This document shows, in pieces, positions 1-9,983 of a stretch of DNA of 64,000 nucleotides (the first letter of the stretch is position 1; each line of letters starts with the position of its first letter). The DNA is taken from NCBI GenBank assembly GCA_946965045.2, contig OX337242.1, positions 1,178,001-1,242,000 of the forward strand, read 5' to 3'. The stretch comes from Epithemia pelagica (taxonomy: Eukaryota; Protista; Bacillariophyta). A program made the translations under genes and the position numbers. The notes below the pieces were generated by a model. It was not told the DNA's origin, did no database searches, and saw only the letters and a list, made by a program, of their open reading frames with translations.

Positions 1-114
1 CAATCACGACGTCCCAGTCTCACCACACCTGCATGGCCTCCTCTCACACCCACACCCACCAGCAGCACTGCTCCTGCTCCTGCTGCCACAGCAGCAACCA
101 CCACGAAACGGTCC

Positions 115-3100
115 ATGTTTCATCAAAAGCCCTACACCGTTGCTGCTTCACCACCGCCATCGCCACCAGGGCGACAACCACAAGACACTCGTACTACTGC
201 AACCATGACAACTAACGACCGTACCAGCACTCCCACTCGTTCTTCTCCACGTACTGCGACAAACGACCATACCAACACTCCCACTCGATCTCCCCGTCGT
301 CACAGTATGGTATGGCCTCCTCCGTCTTCTTCGAGTAGATCTTTGACAAGTCGCAATTCTGCTGCTACCAGCAAGGAGGAGGAAGCAGAGCAATCCAAGG
401 CAGCATCCTCCTCCTCATCATCACCACATCGACGACGCTTTTCCATGGGAACCTTTCCTCGAGGGACAACAACATCATCATCGACGCGACGCCCCTCCCT
501 TTCTTCACGAAGCAAGAGTCCCAAACCAGGTCGGAATGCCCTCGTTGTTGTTGGTGGCGATGGTGGTGGTGATGTCGCTTCCGAGGCCAGTCATGGCAGC
601 CGTCGCAGCCGCACCAGCCACACATCCTCCCCGAAAACTCCTCCACCCTCTGTCGTTCCAGCGGGTCTTGGTCGTCGATCGTCTTCGGCGTCACGCGTGC
701 TCGAACAAGCAACAGCAGCAGGATCCACAAGGGAGGAAACTCGGAGGATTCGTCACACCGACAAATCATCCGTTCGAAGCAGCCAGACGCCGCCACCATC
801 ACGCCGTAATCGACCACGCAGCAAAACACCACCCGCAGCAACCGCCCGTGTCGTGGACCAAAGTCCCAAAACGACCACCACCAAAACACGCATTCCGGTT
901 CGTCTCGTTCCATTGGACAGCAGTACCACCAGTAGCAACCACCACAAACCCAAACCATTGGTTGTGACCCGCCCGACTACAACAACGACAACGACCACAA
1001 CACCTCCTCGGACACGACGATCCACCACTCCCACCAGTAGTACGGGCCGTACGAGTGGCAACACCACCAACACCACAATGGTCACCAGCAACGACGCACG
1101 AGACGGTTCGCAACCACGGGCCGCATCGACTGTGCAACCACCGCGGGCCCAGTCCTTGGGTCGGTCTCCTCGTGCGGATACAACAACAACAACAGCAACA
1201 GTCAATAAGCAACCTGGCACACCCACGCGTCGTCGAGGATCCATTCAGGGTCGATGGTCGGCTGCCTTGGCGGCAGCTGCTCAAAAAGATGCGGATCGTG
1301 TCGAACGAACCGTCCAAGAACGAACACAACGACGACATGCCTCCTTGCCACGACAACATCAACAACAACAACCTGCCTCTCCGCAGGTACCCAGCAACCA
1401 CAAAATGACACGGGAGGACGACAGCAGCAACAACGACAAGGGCAAGAGCATGGAAGGGACCGGCAGGACGACACCGACAACACCGACCCGACGTCGAGGA
1501 TCACTTTCTCATGTGGCTTGGCCACCACCCATGCCATACTCCACTACCACCACCAGCAAAACACGCGCCAGGAATGAGGTGCAGCCAGTGGTGTCTACTT
1601 CTGTGCAATCGGTTGCCTCACGATACCAAACGTCCGACAACAAGAACAAGTTTGTCGTGGTTCAATCGACAGTGCAATTACCACCTCGCCAGAAAAAGGA
1701 CCCATCGCCTGTCGTAGAGGAGGCCCCGAAGGAACCAAGTCTTGGTCCCAATTCCACCGGAGACGAATCCAATGTTGGAACACAGGGCAAAAGTCAATCG
1801 TCTTTGGATACTACTAGTCTGGTCCCTCCCTCCACACCACCAAGGTCGCCCACGAATCGATCCTCCTCCTCCCAGCAGGGCAATCCAGTTAGCCCCCGCC
1901 GGGTGACACCTACCGCCACCCCCAAGAGTCCAGCGACTCGCAATGTTACCAAACGATGGTCCAATCGCTTGGCAGCAGTCGATTCCTCTACATCACCACC
2001 ACCAACAACGACAACTATCCTGCGACCCATCAGTCCTCAATTTTCCTTACCCAAACCCAAAAAGAAGGAATTGAAACCCTTTGTTGTCGTATCCACACCT
2101 ACCACGGTGTCATCGTCCCCTTCTCCCACCAATACTCCAGTGGAGTCGTGGGACAGTTCCTCTGGTAGCTCTACGGTATTGAACTCGTTACGAGAATCTT
2201 GCTCCTCCTCGATTCCACCACCTCCCCTCGAGCAATCCAAGGCAAACAACAAGAAACCAAGTTCATCAGGTGCGTTGTCGTCGTCGTCGTCCGCAAATCC
2301 TTCCTGTTCTTTGCCAGCCCCTGCCTCTCTCAAGAACCGATCCGGATCATTTGCCACACAGACGCAATCTCCTCGACCAACCAACAACAAGACACGCCTT
2401 CGCTCCAGCCACAAGGTTCCGGTTTCAGAGGAGAAGACCAGTCCTCAGTCGGAAGAACCGACACATCTTATTGCGAATGCTGAAACGACTCTGCCCAAAC
2501 CACTTGCCGCCGCAACAACGCCCACAAAGCCATCCATGTCATTGCAGCCTCAAGTGTCTCCTCAATCCTCATCCTTGTCCATGAACAAGGAATCGCCGTC
2601 CACACCATCTACAACGGCATCCTCCACCACGGAGAAGGAAGAACCCTCTCCAGAAAACAAGGATGATGAGAGTGTGAACAACAAGTTCCTATTGGTTCTC
2701 TTGTCGACACAGTCCTTGGCACGCGATCAATTGGTCATTCGGCAAAAGATTCAAACCATCCTCAAGGCATTGCAGATACCATTTCAGGAGATTGATGGGT
2801 CCATTCTGACCAATCGCGATCGAAGGAATGAACTCTTTCGACTTTCGGGTCTGTGGGCCAGATACCCACAAGTCTTTGTCGTTCACCAGACGACCACTAC
2901 TGAGGACACGATGGATGACGAGAATAACACGACTACAAGCTTCTTTGGAGACTGGGATACGGTAGAAATGCTCCATGAAAATGGAGATCTTCGCACTGCC
3001 TTTCAAACGGCCAAACCCGCGATACTGCCAGTCGACAGACCACAAGGCGATGCGACTCCGGATCCCCAAAAACCAATGTGTGGGGATGGCTTGTTGACAT

Positions 3101-3591
3101 CACTTCCAGAGGCAGATCGGTCCCCATTGGAGAATCATTGCAAAGATGACCCCGACAAGAAGAGCAAGCTTTTGGTGAATGACACTTCCACACTGACGAG
3201 TAGTAGCACCATCAGTATAGTGGAGCAAAGTGCCACGAGTATTGATGATGAGGAGGAGTGTGAGGACGGCCCCTCAAAGTACCTGTTAGTGCTAATGTCC
3301 TCGCAGTCCTTGTCGCGAGATCAGTTGGCTATTACACATAAAGTGCAAAGCATTGCCAAGGCACACAAGATCCCTCTTCAAGAGTTGGATGGTTCCATCC
3401 AATCTAATCGCGAGCGCCGAAACGACCTCTTTCGTCTTTCGGGTAGCTGGGCCAAGTATCCTCAATTCTTTGTGGTGGAACAGGGACAAACCATGTTTTT
3501 TGGAGATTGGGATACCGTGGATTATCTTAATGAAAATGGCACATTGGTGGATTCTTTTTGGTCCGCCTCGACCATGACATCGTGTCAGTGA
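115..3591 (+). CDS. Long Ser/Thr/Pro-rich disordered protein with two C-terminal SH3BGR-like (glutaredoxin/thioredoxin-fold) domains
   Basis: 1158-aa ORF from ATG 115. Two homologous C-terminal blocks (LLVLLSTQSL..QKIQTILKALQIPFQEIDGS..RNELFRLSG..YPQVF..FFGDWD and LLVLMSSQSL..ELDGS..RNDLFRLSG..YPQFF..FFGDWD) match the SH3BGR pattern (..PQIF..GDYD). Confidence 0.7.
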   Translation: MFHQKPYTVAASPPPSPPGRQPQDTRTTATMTTNDRTSTPTRSSPRTATNDHTNTPTRSPRRHSMVWPPPSSSSRSLTSRNSAATSKEEEAEQSKAASSSSSSPHRRRFSMGTFPRGTTTSSSTRRPSLSSRSKSPKPGRNALVVVGGDGGGDVASEASHGSRRSRTSHTSSPKTPPPSVVPAGLGRRSSSASRVLEQATAAGSTREETRRIRHTDKSSVRSSQTPPPSRRNRPRSKTPPAATARVVDQSPKTTTTKTRIPVRLVPLDSSTTSSNHHKPKPLVVTRPTTTTTTTTTPPRTRRSTTPTSSTGRTSGNTTNTTMVTSNDARDGSQPRAASTVQPPRAQSLGRSPRADTTTTTATVNKQPGTPTRRRGSIQGRWSAALAAAAQKDADRVERTVQERTQRRHASLPRQHQQQQPASPQVPSNHKMTREDDSSNNDKGKSMEGTGRTTPTTPTRRRGSLSHVAWPPPMPYSTTTTSKTRARNEVQPVVSTSVQSVASRYQTSDNKNKFVVVQSTVQLPPRQKKDPSPVVEEAPKEPSLGPNSTGDESNVGTQGKSQSSLDTTSLVPPSTPPRSPTNRSSSSQQGNPVSPRRVTPTATPKSPATRNVTKRWSNRLAAVDSSTSPPPTTTTILRPISPQFSLPKPKKKELKPFVVVSTPTTVSSSPSPTNTPVESWDSSSGSSTVLNSLRESCSSSIPPPPLEQSKANNKKPSSSGALSSSSSANPSCSLPAPASLKNRSGSFATQTQSPRPTNNKTRLRSSHKVPVSEEKTSPQSEEPTHLIANAETTLPKPLAAATTPTKPSMSLQPQVSPQSSSLSMNKESPSTPSTTASSTTEKEEPSPENKDDESVNNKFLLVLLSTQSLARDQLVIRQKIQTILKALQIPFQEIDGSILTNRDRRNELFRLSGLWARYPQVFVVHQTTTTEDTMDDENNTTTSFFGDWDTVEMLHENGDLRTAFQTAKPAILPVDRPQGDATPDPQKPMCGDGLLTSLPEADRSPLENHCKDDPDKKSKLLVNDTSTLTSSSTISIVEQSATSIDDEEECEDGPSKYLLVLMSSQSLSRDQLAITHKVQSIAKAHKIPLQELDGSIQSNRERRNDLFRLSGSWAKYPQFFVVEQGQTMFFGDWDTVDYLNENGTLVDSFWSASTMTSCQ

Positions 3592-4075
3592 CCTCGTTTC
3601 TAGAAGTTGACGACGGACGGCATGGCATTCCAACAGAATCAGAATGAGTTAACAGAATGAAGTAGTTGGAAGTGGCTCGCAGGGCTTCTGAACAGTCAAA
3701 CAGATACACATATTACACTCTATAGACCATGACATATATATCTATGGATCAGATTTTTTCTGATTGCGAGTGAGGGTGTAATCAAAGCAAGCAGATGCTT
3801 TTCTACAACAAAGGAGAGTATTGCTAGAGAAATGTATCGCACATCTCGCATTCGCATAGAGTTCATAGGTAAGTAGGTTCTACCCCCTATTTTGAGAAAA
3901 GGGGCGTGGAAATACAAGGGTGATCTCCATGGGGGGTGGTGTTCTTTTTCTTCGTGTGCACCCCCGAATCGTGAACACCACCGCCACCACAAAGACAACG
4001 ACGACCACATAGGTAAGGAGAGACAAGACAGCAGAACCGCTGCATCAATCTCATAGACCCTTTGCTGCTGTGAAC

Positions 4076-5146
4076 ATGAGTACCTCTTCGCCTTCCGGAA
4101 TGACCGAGCTGGGGTCAGTCCTGGCCACCCTGTTTATTGTTGGATTTTCCACCTTGTTGCTTTTGTTGTTGTTGCGAGGCCCTCAGCAACCAGCACAGCC
4201 ACGAGGTGGTGGTGCTGCACTACAACAACCACATCGAGCTGGGACGAATCGGCGTGGTGGTCAACACCCTGACGAAACTCAGAACAACAACAACAGTCAA
4301 GATCCTTATTGGACTGAAAAACCATTGCAGTCTCACCCGCCATGCACCCGTACACCATCTCATTTATCAACGGCCAGTGCTCAAATTGCTCATTCGGGTG
4401 GAGCCAATGTCTTGGTGGATGGCTTGGTAGCCTTTCGATATACCAAAGCTGCAGTTTCACCCTCGAGTAGTTCCAACGCCGCGAATGCAAGCACACCATC
4501 CTCATCTTCCGAAACACCCGCCGCTACACAGGAACCACAATCTCACGATTGGACAGCCGTAAACCGCAAAGAACGTGCACGAGTTCTCTCTCGTCTCTTG
4601 ATGGATCAGCCATTGTTGCAACCGGACAGTGTACCCATTCCGCCTCCCAACAAAGGAGGAACCGTCGTGGCTAGCATTCCAATGGAGGATGTGGGATGTC
4701 CCAAATTGACTCATGTCCTTTATCTGCTTGCCACCTACTACAATCTTATGGTAGTTGTAGCTGTCGAAGCATCGTCTTCCTATTCAGCGACGCAACGATC
4801 ACAACTGATTGAAAAACTAAGAGCAGCACCGATTGGCGACGCTGCGGCAAAGCAGGAATCATCATCATCATCATCGTCATCACAACCACCAAAGGAAGAA
4901 CGACGCTTGACGGCAGACATTTTACCAAATCATCGGATTTTGACAGCCTCCACTATTGCTGGACGTGTGGCATTGACGCGGCAACTACAACGAGTGGAAT
5001 TAGTGTTGGAATACGATCCTCAAGTGTTGCAGAATTTGGCCCGTTTTGGACATCGGGTCATTTTGTACACAACAACTTCTCCCAATCAAGACGGCAAGGA
5101 GCAACAACAACCACGTGTTTCCATGTTGGGACAAACGCTGGTTTGA
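4076..5146 (+). CDS. N-terminally membrane-anchored protein, PEX22-like
   Basis: ATG 4076 and one N-terminal hydrophobic segment. The C-terminus ILPNHRILTASTIAGRVALTRQLQRVELVLEYDPQVLQNLARF resembles the plant PEX22 C-terminus as I recall it (KVLFCSTENGRTSFVRQL..PEIVSQLARF). Confidence 0.5.
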   Translation: MSTSSPSGMTELGSVLATLFIVGFSTLLLLLLLRGPQQPAQPRGGGAALQQPHRAGTNRRGGQHPDETQNNNNSQDPYWTEKPLQSHPPCTRTPSHLSTASAQIAHSGGANVLVDGLVAFRYTKAAVSPSSSSNAANASTPSSSSETPAATQEPQSHDWTAVNRKERARVLSRLLMDQPLLQPDSVPIPPPNKGGTVVASIPMEDVGCPKLTHVLYLLATYYNLMVVVAVEASSSYSATQRSQLIEKLRAAPIGDAAAKQESSSSSSSSQPPKEERRLTADILPNHRILTASTIAGRVALTRQLQRVELVLEYDPQVLQNLARFGHRVILYTTTSPNQDGKEQQQPRVSMLGQTLV

Positions 5147-5778
5147 CCAACGAGAATAGATGATGATGTTTAGTGTGCTGTGTACCGGGTTTCCATTTGG
5201 AAGCACCAGATGGAACTTGGCGTCAAGGCGCGTTGTTCTGATGGCGTTTGGATCAGCCAAATCGTATACAACCAAAACCGCCTTCTTTTAATACAGCTCA
5301 TACCAGCTACTACCTAGTCATGTTTGTTTTCGATGGTTTACTTTCATCACTAACTCGCTATAGATGTGCCAATTGTCGACTCTTTCCGTACATGCGACTG
5401 AGAGACAGAGAGGTATCTGAATGCAAAAGCCGCTTTGTCTGTTTTCACTGAGGGGTCGTATGTCTTATTTCTTCGGTTAACTCTTGACGCCATCATTCAA
5501 TGAAGGATGAGGGGAGCTCAGCAAGAAACTGCAGTCGAATGGGCAAGTGTTTTTCGTCCCTTCGGAATAAAGCGTATCATCAATCATCACACCAAAACAT
5601 ATGCCGTTTGCCGTAGAAGCGAAAGAGGGGTTTTATGGATTCCCATTACTTTTTTTTTATGGGAAACGATGAAGGATCATGGTCGATCTTCCCATAGTAT
5701 TTGAGGGCCCATTCTATCTTCTATCTGCGATTTGCGCATTGGGCACTCATCATGACTATGTGCGACCGGTCCCATAAA

Positions 5779-7056
5779 TTAAAGATAGCAAGAGCAGCTT
5801 TTGCTCCAGTTACCTCTAACTCTAGCTAGTGGATATACGATTGTGGTGCCATGTACCAAAGACGTGGTGCCAAGTGCCAAGTGAACTTTGAAGATAAGCA
5901 AACTCTGAGCATACGTTGGAAACAGGAGCTTTTGGGTGGATAGACACTCGTCGTCGAGGCAGAGACCATTCTTGAGTCCACCACTGAATGGGGCTTATCG
6001 TCCTCAGGATTGCTTTCCGGATCGGCATGTGTCGGAGGTCGTTTCTTGGCATAATTCCAAATGTAAAAGCGACCAGCACTCAAGGATAGATTCTCCGGTG
6101 TGTCCTTCGGGTTCGCCTTCTTGCGGGTGTGCGGCTGCTGGTGATGGTGGTTGTTTGGATGCGACCCGTCGTGCTGCCAGACCAAGACTTGGGGAGCACA
6201 CCAATAGCGATAGTCGCGAAGCTGTCGATGGTATACCGTTGCGTCATGGCGATTGCGACTTCAATGGAGGGTGGATGAAACGAGGCCCATTGCGAGGCCA
6301 AGTCTTGCAAAATGTGTTTTCTTCTTTTGGTTGTAGTTCTTGGGTGGAGACTGTCGTGGCAGAAAAGAGTGGCAAGGGGTTGGGTTCTTGCAATTGCGAA
6401 CTCGAGGATAGATCAAAATAGTCCACGGCTTGCTGTTCCAAATCGTTCAAATCGGGTTCCATGCTGGTCCACGCCGTAAACGACGTGGAGTCTTGAGGAG
6501 GAGGAGGAGGAGTGGTTGGGCTGCCATGATATCGTCCTTGTTGGTATTCTCATTTGGGAGGGATACACCATGGTGGCTTCGGACGAGGAGGGAAAGGAGG
6601 AAATGTGCACGTGATGGTTGGAGCTGCCTCGAGAAGGACGATGACTGTTGCTAGCACTACTCGTAGGACCACCACTCGAATGCTGCTCGTCGTCATCATG
6701 CGTTGTTGAAAGGCTTGTCGAGCAATGTCATCCATCATCATCATGGGGAAGGCGGCATTGTGATTGTCGTGTTGATTGTCATACTGATGATGATTCAAAT
6801 TCGAGTTGGAATTCGACTGGGAATTGGTGGCCCCCGACACAACGACGGCCATGGGAGTGGAACGACTTGATGCCAATCTTTCTTCTTTGGGATATGCTTC
6901 TTGGATGTCCTCTTCTTTTTTGCATTGCTACGAGCCATGAGTCTTTTGTTTGCGTTTGGTGAACAGATTCTTTTGGGAGCTCGATATCGTTGATTGTTGA
7001 AGCAGTGGCGTAGGAGTCCCCCGCACAGGGAATGGTGGCCGCGATGGTTGAGGCAT
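5779..7056 (-). pseudogene. Nonsense-disrupted low-complexity gene of unknown family
   Basis: One frame from ATG 7056 to TAA 5779-5781 joins the track ORFs 6550..6876, 6244..6462 and 6004..6204. Internal stops lie at 6928 (TAG), 6550, 6244, 6004 (TGA) and 5995 (TAA). That is 5 stops in about 425 codons, well below random expectation. Confidence 0.4.
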
Positions 7057-7912
7057 CTCTTACAAGCACCCCCTAGCGGGGGTGTTTTTGAGGTTGTAGT
7101 TTCAAAATCTGTGACGTGCAACATCCGCATGGGAACAGACCCAAAGCTTACAATGACCTACAATGACCGACACATTTCGCGGATGCTCACCTGAGCGCCC
7201 CAATTTGCTCACGGTGAGCAGTTTTTCTGCTTCCGAATCGCGTTTTGGTGAAAATCGCGCTTTTGCGCGTCGATAGAATGGACCACGGCAAAGCTCGTCA
7301 AGACAATTTCGGATTTTTTTCGCCCGATAACCGAAACTTTCCCGACCTTCTTGGCAAACGTCGGAACCGAGAACAGTGTGAACCATTGCAAGAACAGAAG
7401 TGATAGTAGAGAGGGACGCAACAACGTGTTGACAAAACGGTGACTTTGTGTCATTGTCAAACAACCTAAATGGATGAATGACCCTTTGGGAAGCTGTAAC
7501 CCAACCTATGAGCGATCCAAAAGCGATACATCTGTCCTTTGTATCAGCCCAATCTCTATCTGCATGTCTACCTCTACCTTTTCGTGGGTGTGTATTGGGT
7601 AGCGGTGCGTTGCTTCTAGATTCTAGAGGAGAACGTCTGAAACAATCCAGAGTCTTTAGACCCTCTCCTGCATGAGTTGAATCAATGAGTGAATGCTGCC
7701 ATGGTACGAATCATGTTGCCGTGTTAAGTTTGCTTGAAAAACAAGAGGACATATGCTTGAATTGTGAAGAGATGGACTTCTGTGCCATGAATGCCCTCTT
7801 GATTCTTATATGGGCCGACACGAACAAGAAAAGAAAAGTTTGGAGACTATATCTACCGATAACCGTTTAATGCACCTTTTCACATCACTTTTACGTTCAT
7901 ACCTCTACTCGA

Positions 7913-8663
7913 CTACTCGAATGCCGAAAGAAATGGCTCTTCTTCTGCCAAGAGAATCCTTGGGACTTCAAAGTTGACAAAGGCATAATATCCTTGCCCA
8001 TCCGAACCCCTCAAGAACCCAGTGTGCGTCACTTGCTCATTGAAGTAGTATCGTTCGCCAAGGACTTCTCCCGTTTTGAGATCTTTCACGGTCATGTTGG
8101 GATTGTTGGCACGGGTATCCTCCAAATCAATCTCGAAATGCCGACATTTTCCGTCGGGTTGTTGAAAGAGAATCAATCGAATCGGTGCCGGGTCAACTCC
8201 TTCCTTTACATATGTATTGGAAAAACTCAGACTCACTTCTGGATCACGAATGGCTTCGGCAAATTTTTCCTTTCGCATAAAGGCAGTGGAAACTTGGTAA
8301 TAGAACAGCACGGCAGACGTGAGAAAGCTTCGTTTCATGATTTTATTCACGACGGTCTCTGAGGCGGTGGAGTATGCTGGACAGAGGATGATCCCCTTGT
8401 CTGTGACATCAATGTTATCCGCCAGCCAGACATTCCCATCTCCGTCGTTTCCTTTCCATGTCACTTTGGGAGCGCTACTGGAACCCTGCAAGTCTTGCGT
8501 GAGGACATCGTACAATTGTGCGAGCCACAGTTTATGGTCCACAACTTCGACGCCCGCAAGGGTTCGGAGTCCCTTGGCCTGCGTGGTAATCTCCGGTGCA
8601 TTAGGATCACTGACATCCACCTTGAATACCACCCTGCGTGCACTGTTGGAGAATTGGTACACG
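7913..8663 (-). pseudogene. 3' part of a beta-propeller gene (SMP-30/gluconolactonase/strictosidine-synthase-like) split by the LTR element
   Basis: 249-codon ORF with no ATG start abutting the TSD. It has propeller-blade-like motifs (LAGVEVVD..LW; LADNIDVTDKG; QVTH). Confidence 0.55.
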
Positions 8664-9420
8664 TGGCAGAACTCTCATTGAGAATTCAGAAGGGTAATAG
8701 GTAGTTGGGTAAAAGGCTTGCTGAGCCGACAATCGAATCACCAACCGATACAACAATCCTCCACGGGTCAGAGAAGAGTTGCAAGTCGAAGTCCGCCGTG
8801 GGTGGGGGCAGTCGGTCCACTGATAAGAGGTAAGTCTTAAGATGAGTGTTAAAATGGTGATATTAATGATTGTGAGATGATTACTAACTAAGGTGTTTGA
8901 TGAAGGTCGAGGTCCTGGCTCTTGTATACGGCCATGGATCTGGTGTGATAGGTCCTCAAATGGTTGGAGTAGACCTGCATTGTTGTATTGAAAGTATATG
9001 CAGTTGTATATCATATACCAATGCCAACAGCTCTTGCTTTGTTGTGATATAGGTAGTTTTCTTGGCGCGTTGTTGATTGCATTCTTGGAATTGTGGGAAT
9101 GGAAATATGGTCTCGCGTGATCGTGATTCGTGCTTTGATTACTTAGGCCGTTGAGGTAAGTCGTGGAGGTGCTCACTCGGATCGTGATTGCGCGCGCTTG
9201 AGAATACTGGGCGCGCACGTGATGGGCCATAGTCAATATCCGAGCGGTCGCCGATAGCGCGTGCATTGCGAGCATGCCTTGGCCAAAATTAAAGGTCCGC
9301 GAGCATGCCGTCATTCTTTTCTCACTTTTACACAAATGTCATCGGATGCCATAAAATACTAGCATCAGTCGATGTGTTGTAGATTCCACCACCACCTAGT
9401 TAAAGGTGAGAATACTAACA
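8664..9420 (-). repeat. 3' LTR (757 bp)
   Basis: Matches 13327-14083 at constant offset 4663. The only mismatch found by line-by-line comparison is 9414 a versus 14077 c. Confidence 0.95.
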
Positions 9421-9983
9421 CTCCCCACAATTCGTCGAGTGAGGATTGTTATTTTCCTTGTCATGCTTCTGAACGTTTCCTCCCCAGAAGAATATGATCT
9501 TGAACGTGGTCCATACTTTCGAGAATTTCCAATGCTTACTGACAATGTATCCCGGACGCTCTCATAGGGATATCTCAGGCAATAAGTAATCAGTTCATCA
9601 TTCTTCAGTTGGTAGGTCTTGTCGGTGCCCTTTGAGCTATGCTCCCCAGGTGCCTTCTTCATCCAAACATTGGGATCTGCTTTAGTTGGTGACAAATCCA
9701 TATCAAGTGGGATGTCAAAGAAACAGTCATGCCGACATGCTCCTGAAGATTTGAATCCCTTTGAGGCCTTGTGCGTAATCAAGATGTGACCTGATTCCTT
9801 GAGTTCTTGTCTTGCAACTATCAAGATCTTCTCTCCAGATAAAGCTTCCAGGTCGTGTGCATTTCCAACTTTTGCTCCCCATATATCCATATCATTGAGA
9901 ATCCCAAGACAGGTGGTTGTATGAAAGTTGTGAATGGAAGTAGTACACAAAAAGATTGCCTCAACCGGTTCTTTGGTAAAAGC
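9396..9983 (-). pseudogene. Degenerate copia reverse-transcriptase fragment; RNase H not seen
   Basis: KILIVARQELKESGHILITHKASKGFKSSGA..DMDLSPTKADPNVWMKK is a decayed copia RT segment. No YVDD motif or RNase H occurs before the LTR. Confidence 0.75.
9421..9428 (-). other. Polypurine tract
   Basis: Minus-strand GTGGGGAG directly precedes the 3' LTR start TGTTAG. Confidence 0.6.

Noticed and set aside
148-2584. Many overlapping antisense and alternative-frame ORFs (e.g. 365..958, 753..1244, 33503..34459, 50496..51404)
   Set aside because: These are shadows of low-complexity real genes, with no motifs and biased composition.
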